In this document: positions 1 through 6,592 of the stretch, one piece after another
Position numbering within the stretch: position 1 is the stretch's first letter
How the letters are laid out: every line of letters begins with the position of its first letter
DNA from: a virus
Lineage: Duplodnaviria > Caudoviricetes
DNA length: 32,701 bases
Direction: 5' to 3' (one strand)
Virus record (IMG/VR): IMGVR_UViG_3300038334_000130
Notes under the pieces: generated by a model
What the model saw: only the letters and a program-made list of their open reading frames with translations
What the model was told of the DNA's origin: nothing
Database searches by the model: none
Translations under genes and position numbers: made by a program

Positions 1-210
1 ATGTTACCCAAACGCCTTAAAGAAGTAAAAATGCAAATTGAAAAGAAAAGTTTTCACCAAAGGACAAAAAAAGAGCTGGAGTTGCTCGAAGAGTTAATAG
101 CACTTGATAATGTATTAGATTATCAAGTTATGAGAAAAGCAATGCTCGAGGATGGTGGTCCTGTAGCTATAACATCAGGTCCAGGGAATTGTCCTTGTTG
201 TGGCAAATAA
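1..210 (+). CDS. Small hypothetical protein with C-terminal SGPGNCPCCGK motif (69 aa)
   Basis: Open ATG..TAA frame; stop 2 nt before the next ATG at 213; helical N-terminus, Cys-rich tail. Confidence 0.7.
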   Translation: MLPKRLKEVKMQIEKKSFHQRTKKELELLEELIALDNVLDYQVMRKAMLEDGGPVAITSGPGNCPCCGK

Positions 211-212
211 AT

Positions 213-974
213 ATGGGTAGTAAAGGCTATTTCATTGTATATCAAGATAATGATGATTTAAGAGACATTCATTATCAACAAATTAAATTAAGACTTGGTC
301 AAGATATACCCGAAGATCAATTGGAGTTACGTGATCAAGTTGATAAGACTTTAACTGTATTGAAAATGATTTTTGAAGATGATGATAAAAAATACTTCAC
401 CTACTTTCGGCAACTTTTATCTCTTTCGCAGTTGGGATTAGTTGGCAATTCGGCTAATCCCAAGTTGGCCATGAGAGCATTAAATACAATGAAAGATGAC
501 ATCCTTTCTCTTGAAGGAGGGAAAGTGAAAAATATATATATGTTACAGTTAGGAAAGGCTGCTTTGAAGTTATCTATATTACCATTTGCATTATTTTTTA
601 TTGTGCTCTACTTTGGTTTTAGCAGCACAATTCCTTATTATTTATGTTCAATTATTGGATCATTACTGGGAGTATGGTTATCATTTGGCATACGTAAAAT
701 CTATTTAAAATTTGAAGATTTAAATATTTTAGAAAAAGACAGATTGAACCCATATTTAAGGCTATTTTTTTCTGTAGCATTAACAATTGTTATATGTCTT
801 TTAATAACAACTCAGGCTGCGGTTTTTGAAATAGGAGGACTTTCTACTAAAAACTATCTCTCAAAATATGAAATATCATTTTTAGTAGGAGTTTTTTGTG
901 GTATAAGTGAGAAAGCATTATCGATAAAGGTAGGGCAACAAGCTGCAGAATTTTTAGGTTTAAAAACTTTATAA
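213..974 (+). CDS. Membrane protein: soluble helical N-domain plus about 4 C-terminal TM helices
   Basis: ATG at 213; hydrophobic segments ILPFALFFIVLYFGF, YYLCSIIGSLLGVWLSFGI, LFFSVALTIVICLLI, ISFLVGVFCGISEK; AT-rich. Confidence 0.85.
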   Translation: MGSKGYFIVYQDNDDLRDIHYQQIKLRLGQDIPEDQLELRDQVDKTLTVLKMIFEDDDKKYFTYFRQLLSLSQLGLVGNSANPKLAMRALNTMKDDILSLEGGKVKNIYMLQLGKAALKLSILPFALFFIVLYFGFSSTIPYYLCSIIGSLLGVWLSFGIRKIYLKFEDLNILEKDRLNPYLRLFFSVALTIVICLLITTQAAVFEIGGLSTKNYLSKYEISFLVGVFCGISEKALSIKVGQQAAEFLGLKTL

Positions 975-993
975 TTTTTATTTTATAAAATCC

Positions 994-1053
994 TCATTTC
1001 CCCAGCGTACCAGCCAGCGGTATCCCCGCCGCCAGGAGGGCGGTCCTCATAAT
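994..1053 (-). repeat. Diverged copy of repressor gene 3' end (encodes IMRTALLAAGIPLAGTLGK*)
   Basis: 47/60 nt identical to 3052-3111, 15/19 aa identical to the repressor C-terminus IMKTALLSAGIPLEGALGK*. Confidence 0.9.
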
Positions 1054-1071
1054 AAGGCATTTGCAACTATA

Positions 1072-1584
1072 TTATTTTTGTTTCGATGATTTTATTTTTT
1101 TTGCCAGGAGAGTGTTCTCAATGTTGACGTCATTGATGTAATCAATGTGTTTTTTCGCCGGGGGGATGCGAAAAGAGAACCATGTTTTACCATCGGCATT
1201 AGTGATAGAAAAGTCGCCAAGTCTGATTAAATCCATTCCGATCAAGACGTCACAACTATTGAGGTTTGAGGGCTGGCTTACCTGAACATCGCCAATTATT
1301 ACATGGTTAGGCAGATATATATCAACTAAATACACGTTCGCAATTTCAACTAGGTTTACACTTGATATTTGTGTTTTTGATATAGGAACCAGTTTCAAAT
1401 CACTCACAATACGCGCGCTTATACAGGTGTTTGTCGCACCGGTATCCCATACTGCTTTTGCGGTAATAGGTGTTGTGAGTTGCCCGGCTGGTATTATTTT
1501 TTTGCTTGGGGAAATCAGAATTTGGTTTGATAGTTCTCTTAATAAACCATCCGCTGCTTTAGTGGTGAACGCTGTAGGTATCAT
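1072..1584 (-). CDS. Retropepsin-like (clan AA) aspartic protease
   Basis: Catalytic AVWDTGAT motif and downstream VLIGMDLI motif of single-domain aspartyl proteases. Confidence 0.9.
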   Translation of the reverse strand: MIPTAFTTKAADGLLRELSNQILISPSKKIIPAGQLTTPITAKAVWDTGATNTCISARIVSDLKLVPISKTQISSVNLVEIANVYLVDIYLPNHVIIGDVQVSQPSNLNSCDVLIGMDLIRLGDFSITNADGKTWFSFRIPPAKKHIDYINDVNIENTLLAKKIKSSKQK

Positions 1585-1587
1585 CGA

Positions 1588-1818
1588 TTATACGGCTACA
1601 CGTGTATGGAAATGCTGAATTGTTTTTTCTTCAGGGACGCATTCTTGGACCAGAAATGAGCCAACAGGATATTTTTGAGTAGTTATAGTAAGAGCATCCT
1701 GGATGGTATCGTATACTCCCAATACATCATTATCTTTGATAACAATAAATTTGCCTTTATACTTTTCGACAAATTCTTTCCGGTGTTCATTAAAATAACT
1801 ATACTCTTTATCCAACAT
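1588..1818 (-). CDS. DUF5678-like small protein (76 aa)
   Basis: ATG at 1818 (MLDKEYSYF...); pattern YF...EFVEKYKGKFIVIKDNDVLGVYDT; 3 nt upstream of the protease gene. Confidence 0.75.
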   Translation of the reverse strand: MLDKEYSYFNEHRKEFVEKYKGKFIVIKDNDVLGVYDTIQDALTITTQKYPVGSFLVQECVPEEKTIQHFHTRVAV

Positions 1819-1854
1819 ATCGATAACCACGTTTAGATGCAATTTTATAATACA

Positions 1855-1883
1855 AATATACAGAATACAGTGTGTTATTTCAA
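1855..1883 (-). promoter_or_regulatory. Putative sigma70 promoter for the DUF5678-protease cassette
   Basis: Minus strand TTGAAA-N17-TATATT; another TTGACA at 1900-1905. Confidence 0.4.
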
Positions 1884-1945
1884 GGCATTCATGTGGTGGT
1901 GTCAAGTAAATTATAGATTTCTATATAATTTTGAAGAATTGGAGA

Positions 1946-1990
1946 TCACTTCCCCAGCGGGATCCCCGCTGACAGGAGGGGAACCTTCAC
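1946..1990 (-). repeat. Second diverged copy of repressor 3' end (encodes VKVPLLSAGIPLGK*, 12-nt internal deletion)
   Basis: tcacttccccagcg and gggatccccgc match 3052-3090; shares caggaggg with the 994 copy; contains hairpin CAGCGGG-ATC-CCCGCTG. Confidence 0.85.
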
Positions 1991-2023
1991 TTGCCGTAAA
2001 AGCTCAATAGCCACCGGAATAAA

Positions 2024-2299
2024 TTATATAAAATTCGATAATATCTGAAGAATAAAACCTATTGTAAGTGCTGCCAATCCAAGTTTCATTCTGAAATATT
2101 TTTGCTTTTCCCATTTTTTAAAGTCTTCTGTTTCGACTGGTGGTGGACCGGCTGACATGTCTGAACACGTAATAATACAAACTGGTTCATGCTTTTTCCC
2201 GTGAAATTGTCTTACCACCTCCCAGGCTACAAACCAGGCACCAATTATATCAAATACAAGACCCAATGAATTGACACATTGTGAAGAGCAAATTTGCAT
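2024..2299 (-). CDS. Small 2-TM membrane protein (91 aa)
   Basis: TM segments LGLVFDIIGAWFVAWEVV and LGLAALTIGFILQILSNFI; aaagaagga upstream of ATG. Confidence 0.8.
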   Translation of the reverse strand: MQICSSQCVNSLGLVFDIIGAWFVAWEVVRQFHGKKHEPVCIITCSDMSAGPPPVETEDFKKWEKQKYFRMKLGLAALTIGFILQILSNFI

Positions 2300-2333
2300 A
2301 AATAGTAATCCTTCTTTATGGTTTTAGTTTTAC

Positions 2334-2951
2334 TCAAAGAACCTTTTCAGCAATCGATGCTTCAGTCTGTTTCATCAATTCAGTGTCCAGGTAGGTGATC
2401 TCAATAGTATACCTTTTTGTTATTTCATCGATAAAACACTCTGTGGTAATTGCAGCAGGATTAGTACTCCATTCATCAGTAAATATTACACTTCCCTGGT
2501 ATTTTTTTAGCTGCTCAATATAATTGCCTTTCCCAAATCTTGTTTTCAATTTATTATATTCATTATAAACGGCTTTTGCATTTTGGCATCTTTCTTTGTA
2601 CACAATCCGGCTGACAACACTACCGAGAAGGGGGTTGTCGAGACCAATTAATTTAACATCTTCAGTAATTGTGCATGCTTTTGTGAGGGTTATGTAAATA
2701 TTTTTTTCACCAAATTTTGTTGGAAAATTCTGGAGTGATATTCCAATTATGATACTTTCGTTGTCTTGAGTTTTATGAGTATAATCAAAATGCACTGATT
2801 GTAGCCAATTACGATTTATGGTATAATCAGAAGCGAGTTTTTTGGCATCTTCGAAAGTCATTCCAAGGTAAAAACCACCATAGCCAATTTTGTTATCAGC
2901 AAATAAAAAACAGGTTGAAAGAATCAATAATGATGTTGCGAGTCGTTTCAT
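2334..2951 (-). CDS. Secreted/periplasmic hypothetical protein
   Basis: Signal peptide MKRLATSLLILSTCFLFA from ATG 2951, followed by GFYLGMTFEDA motif seen in many exported proteins. Confidence 0.8.
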   Translation of the reverse strand: MKRLATSLLILSTCFLFADNKIGYGGFYLGMTFEDAKKLASDYTINRNWLQSVHFDYTHKTQDNESIIIGISLQNFPTKFGEKNIYITLTKACTITEDVKLIGLDNPLLGSVVSRIVYKERCQNAKAVYNEYNKLKTRFGKGNYIEQLKKYQGSVIFTDEWSTNPAAITTECFIDEITKRYTIEITYLDTELMKQTEASIAEKVL

Positions 2952-3051
2952 GGTTGGCCTCTTAAGTTGCAATTATAAACTACATTGCAAAAAAAGAGCA
3001 TTAAGTCAATAAGAATATCAGCCGGGTTTTTCTATTATTGTCTTGAGATAA

Positions 3052-3432
3052 TCACTTCCCCAGCGCGCCCTCCAGCGGGATCCCCGCCGAAAGTAATGCT
3101 GTCTTCATAATCTCCACAAATGACCGCTTTATAGACACCCGGATTGCAGGTTCGATCCGGGTGTTCAGTATTTTCAGGATTTCGGCGTCGTCGGGAGTGA
3201 TGTATGGAGGAATATAGTTTTTCAACTTTACTGGATCATCAAGAAAAAATTCCCACATTGGTTTGTTAAAATAATTACATACTTTTTCTATGGCATCGAG
3301 TGGAGGGTATGCCGATTTTTCCCATGCTGAAACAGTCCCTTGGCGGACGTTTAGTTTTTCGGCCAAATCCTTCTGGCTGAAATTAGAATCCTTTCTCAAA
3401 TTTTTAAGTAATTCTCCGTAATTCACTGCCAA
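3052..3432 (-). CDS. XRE-family HTH prophage repressor (cI/ImmR-like), no S24 autoprotease domain; start may be GTG 3426
   Basis: LKNLRK..FSQKDLAEKLNVRQGTVSAWEK..PPLDAIEKVCNYF; divergent from the early operon. Confidence 0.9.
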   Translation of the reverse strand: MAVNYGELLKNLRKDSNFSQKDLAEKLNVRQGTVSAWEKSAYPPLDAIEKVCNYFNKPMWEFFLDDPVKLKNYIPPYITPDDAEILKILNTRIEPAIRVSIKRSFVEIMKTALLSAGIPLEGALGK

Positions 3433-3475
3433 TTCCTTTTGTTAATACTTAAATATCATGTATAATGTCGTTTGT

Positions 3476-3537
3476 AAAACTAAAAATATTTAGTTTTTTA
3501 TTTTTTTATTGACAAAAAACAAAATACAAAGTATCAA
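3476..3537 (+). promoter_or_regulatory. Immunity switch: palindromic operator candidate and rightward early promoter
   Basis: AAAACTAAA-aata-TTTAGTTTT (3476-3497); TTGACA(3509)-N17-TATCAA(3532). Confidence 0.55.
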
Positions 3538-3589
3538 GGTGACATAAATAACAATAAAAGCGTATATTAAAGTAGTTGGTTAAAATATC

Positions 3590-3769
3590 ATGAACGGTAA
3601 TAAAATATCCATCCAAGAGCCAGTCAGAAAGGCGATTACTTTCTGGATCAATCCAGATGTTTCAGCAGCTTTTAAAGCCAAATGTGCACAGGAGCAGGAG
3701 AAAATGCAGGATGTTGCCGCCCGGCTGATGCGTCAATACGTGGATAACAGTGAGAGTGGCGCCGCATGA
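3590..3769 (+). CDS. Ribbon-helix-helix (ParG/CopG-like) protein at the Cro position, 59 aa, missing from the ORF track
   Basis: MNGNKISIQEPVRKAITFWINPDVSAAFKAKCAQEQEKMQDVAARLMRQYVDNSESGAA; ATGA overlap with the next gene. Confidence 0.8.
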   Translation: MNGNKISIQEPVRKAITFWINPDVSAAFKAKCAQEQEKMQDVAARLMRQYVDNSESGAA

Positions 3770-3951
3770 TCCCCATGGTGGAAAATCAAATGGCGGTATG
3801 GCTGATTTGCATCGGGACAAGTGTCCGGCGGCGGGTTGACAGGGCCATGGTCAGGACCCGAGATGCTTTGGAAACCAGACTTTCCGGCGTTAATCATGAA
3901 AAGCGCCATGAGCTTGAATTTTTGATAAAAAGGCTCTACAGGGGAAACTGA
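3766..3951 (+). CDS. Hypothetical phage early protein
   Basis: ATGA and TGATG translational coupling on both sides. Confidence 0.6.
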   Translation: MIPMVENQMAVWLICIGTSVRRRVDRAMVRTRDALETRLSGVNHEKRHELEFLIKRLYRGN

Positions 3952-4124
3952 TGCCGGAAGAAAGAGATCCACGTATCCCCACCGATCCCAGCGTACTTGA
4001 AGCTCACAGGGGGAAAATCCTCTGGCTGGCCGACTGGTGTGATCGGGTTGAAAAACGCCTGATAAAAGAGGGGAAGCTGCCGCCAGAAGGTCTGGTGCTT
4101 CCTCCGTTGAGGAGCGAGAAGTGA
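3951..4124 (+). CDS. Hypothetical protein (57 aa, MPEERDPRIPTD...), missing from the ORF track
   Basis: TGATG overlap upstream, GTGA overlap downstream; fills the gap exactly. Confidence 0.65.
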   Translation: MPEERDPRIPTDPSVLEAHRGKILWLADWCDRVEKRLIKEGKLPPEGLVLPPLRSEK

Positions 4125-4366
4125 TCCGTACCGTTTATATCTGCGATGTATGCAAATCGGAATTTGTCGATGATTCGCGCATCGAGCCGTTCCCGGCGTC
4201 CATTCCTGTTTATGAGGATGCGGTCAAGGACGGTGAAACGGTGAAATGTATCGGCCTCCTGGAGACTGAGCATATATGTATGAATTGTCTGCAGGTCATG
4301 GCTGGAATGATGGATGTGTTCCTGGCTACAAGGATAAAGATAACGGAGGTCCAGATTGATAATTGA
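4121..4366 (+). CDS. Small Zn-finger-like phage protein
   Basis: YICDVC ... HICMNC; gaggag RBS. Confidence 0.7.
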   Translation: MIRTVYICDVCKSEFVDDSRIEPFPASIPVYEDAVKDGETVKCIGLLETEHICMNCLQVMAGMMDVFLATRIKITEVQIDN

Positions 4367-4586
4367 TGTGGAACTGAGTGATGAAGCTTATGAGCGGATA
4401 GGGCGCATCGCAGATATATTGAAAACTACACGGGGCGTGGTGTTGTCATGGTACGTTCACGATCTGGTTTCATCGGAGCCGAATAGTGGCAGCGACGAAC
4501 GCCGTATGGCGAAAGAATATCTGCTTCGGTCCCTGGTAGGTGATGCTCATGATCAGGTTGATGAATTTTTAAGCGGTTTATATTAG
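4356..4586 (+). CDS. Hypothetical, possible RHH DNA-binding protein
   Basis: IDVELSDEAYERIGRIA..LKTTRGVVL strand-helix-helix pattern; ggaggt RBS. Confidence 0.6.
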   Translation: MIIDVELSDEAYERIGRIADILKTTRGVVLSWYVHDLVSSEPNSGSDERRMAKEYLLRSLVGDAHDQVDEFLSGLY

Positions 4587-4624
4587 CGGGATTGATATTC
4601 CGGTACGAAATGGAGGTGGGAATA

Positions 4625-4909
4625 ATGATGAATCAGGATCAGGCTCAATATAATGCACCGGTTCGCGTGCCCGGCCTCGATTTCCGGGCGGAACTCAATG
4701 GTATTGTGAAGCGGTATGCCGAGAAGCAGGGATATCCCTATCGGCATGTATGGAACATCTATTATTCGGCCCTGCAGGATCATCTGCGCTTCGATGTGCG
4801 CGGTACTGCTGATGCACTTCACATGAGGCCGCTGGATTTTATCGAACAGAAACGGCTGACCGAGGCTGCCATACATGTGGCCGGGGAAATTTTCGGCCGT
4901 TGGTTATAA
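4625..4909 (+). CDS. Hypothetical, resembles phage antirepressor C-terminal domains
   Basis: FRAELNGIVKRYA...YRHVWNIYY...LDFIEQ; ggaggtgg RBS before ATG 4625. Confidence 0.55.
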   Translation: MMNQDQAQYNAPVRVPGLDFRAELNGIVKRYAEKQGYPYRHVWNIYYSALQDHLRFDVRGTADALHMRPLDFIEQKRLTEAAIHVAGEIFGRWL

Positions 4910-4926
4910 AAACAGGGAGGGAAGTT

Positions 4927-5109
4927 ATGCGATATTTTTATCACATCCAGACCGAGAAAAAGCTCCGGGGCATAAAGCCCACGAGCGTCACCGGGCCATG
5001 GTTCCGGCGAACATATTTTTATGATCTTACGGCACCGGCACTGTTTAAAAAGGCGCTCAGTCAGCTGGGTAAAACACCGCTGAAATGCATCGCGGGAGGC
5101 CGGATATGA
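4927..5109 (+). CDS. Hypothetical basic protein
   Basis: gggagg RBS; ATGA overlap with the next gene. Confidence 0.6.
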   Translation: MRYFYHIQTEKKLRGIKPTSVTGPWFRRTYFYDLTAPALFKKALSQLGKTPLKCIAGGRI

Positions 5110-5483
5110 GCGAAGACTACATTATTGTCCGGACTGAAACGTTGGACGGCGGTCTTTTTGCCGAGCGGATCAATGACGCCATACAGGAATGCCTGGCGAA
5201 TATTTACGATCCAAATGTGGAGCAGGAGAAGGTGCGGGAGGTCCAGGCGATTATCAAACTGAAGCCATCAAGCAGTGATTCCCGGAAAGTGGCTGTTTTT
5301 ACCCAGGTGAAAACGAAGCTGTCCCAACCAACTCCCAGCGAGACAATCATTTTCGCCGGGACCAAAGATGGTGAGTATGTGGCGTACGAGCAAAATCTCA
5401 ATCAGGGCAATTTCTCTTTTGATGGAGAGGGGGGAGCCGCAGGAGATAATATCGTAAAAATGAAAACAGGAGGCGGAGAATGA
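5106..5483 (+). CDS. Conserved phage protein (family often labelled 'replication terminator protein'; partner of the DUF2303-like gene)
   Basis: GGLFAERINDAIQECLANIYDPN...R.VQAIIKLKP pattern; coupled to the next gene. Confidence 0.7.
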   Translation: MSEDYIIVRTETLDGGLFAERINDAIQECLANIYDPNVEQEKVREVQAIIKLKPSSSDSRKVAVFTQVKTKLSQPTPSETIIFAGTKDGEYVAYEQNLNQGNFSFDGEGGAAGDNIVKMKTGGGE

Positions 5484-6196
5484 TAGATAGATCATTTGTT
5501 GAAAAAATAGAGGAACTCGCGGCACTCAAGACAATTGAGATTAACGGTGAAACATATTCAAGTAGAGTACTTGAACTGGTAAAACCCGACTATGAACCGG
5601 CTCCTGAGCCTCTGCTTATAGGCACACTCACGGGCCTTGTGGATTATTTGCAAAATAATCACGACAACGCGAAGCAATATATGCTCCATGTTTTGTCCGA
5701 GGACGTGGTCAGGCTATACGGAGAATATGAACCCCAGTTCGGCAGGAGGAAGCACTATCTGACGGCCACTTACGGGATGAAGGGATTTAAATTCGGGCAG
5801 TATCATGATCAGGAATCGTTTATAATTCAATTACAGGCCATGTTTGCCGATGCCGGCGATAGAGCCGATGTGATGAAAGATGCCGGGAAAGTCGCTGGCG
5901 AGTCGCGGCTTAATCAGAGCGATGATGGTATTACACAGCAGGTAACGGTAAAAGAAAGTATTGGAAGGATGGTTGATAAACCTCTCATGAATCCGGTTCA
6001 ACTCGCGCCATATCGGACATTCCCTGAAATTGACCAGATCGTATCGCCATTTGTTTTCCGTATGAAAAAAACTGACATGGGAATTGCTTTTGCATTGTTC
6101 GAGTGTGATGGGGACAAATGGAAGCTTGACGCCATCCATGCCATCAGGAATTACCTGAAAGAGAAACTCGGTGATAAGGCCTCGATTATAGCATAG
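5480..6196 (+). CDS. Conserved phage protein, DUF2303/YfdQ-like
   Basis: TLTGLVDY, DDGITQQVTVK, NPVQLAPYRTFPEIDQ, FECDGDKWK motifs. Confidence 0.7.
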   Translation: MIDRSFVEKIEELAALKTIEINGETYSSRVLELVKPDYEPAPEPLLIGTLTGLVDYLQNNHDNAKQYMLHVLSEDVVRLYGEYEPQFGRRKHYLTATYGMKGFKFGQYHDQESFIIQLQAMFADAGDRADVMKDAGKVAGESRLNQSDDGITQQVTVKESIGRMVDKPLMNPVQLAPYRTFPEIDQIVSPFVFRMKKTDMGIAFALFECDGDKWKLDAIHAIRNYLKEKLGDKASIIA

Positions 6197-6503
6197 AACC
6201 CAAGTTGTCTCCATGGCCCGGAAGGGTGGCGGAGGGAGGTCGGCAGCGGACCGCGGGGAGCTGCCGAAAGCGCGTAAAACGCGACACAAGACGCGGACGC
6301 CGGGGACGTTAAAATAAAATTTAAGTTTTTGTTGCACGGGATGTTCTGGATTAAGGTTCCGATATTCCCAGGATGGTCGGCCCGTCACGGCCGTGAATCA
6401 TGGATAACGAGTAATATGCCGACGGCGGGGTCGGCCGGTCTCATAAAATACCTCCTTGTCTTGATATACGCCGGTTCTCCGGGGCGTTGTACCGGGGAGA
6501 CAC

Positions 6504-6578
6504 AGCGCGGTGGAGCAGTCTGGTAAGCTCGTCTGGCTCATAACCAGGAGGTCGGGGGTTCGAATCCCTCCTGCGCTA
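6504..6578 (+). tRNA. tRNA-Met(CAT), initiator-like scaffold, no encoded CCA
   Basis: Acceptor AGCGCGG/CTGCGCT, D arm GAGC/GCTC, anticodon arm TCTGG-CTCATAA-CCAGG, T arm GGGGG-TTCGAAT-CCCTC. Confidence 0.93.
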
Positions 6579-6592
6579 CATACGAAGGAATT

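Noticed and set aside
994-3111. GGGATCCCCGC-type repeats as a CRISPR array or integron attC sites
   Set aside because: Only three copies about 1 kb apart; they translate as repressor C-termini; no cas or integron integrase gene and no GTTRRRY/RYYYAAC ends recognised
5831-6526. ORFs 5831-6388 (-) and 6329-6526 (+)
   Set aside because: Antisense to a conserved gene or overlapping the tRNA; no RBS; composition reflects GC hairpins
6504-6578. tRNA as the prophage attachment site
   Set aside because: Lies inside the early operon, and no duplicated 3' fragment or adjacent integrase is seen
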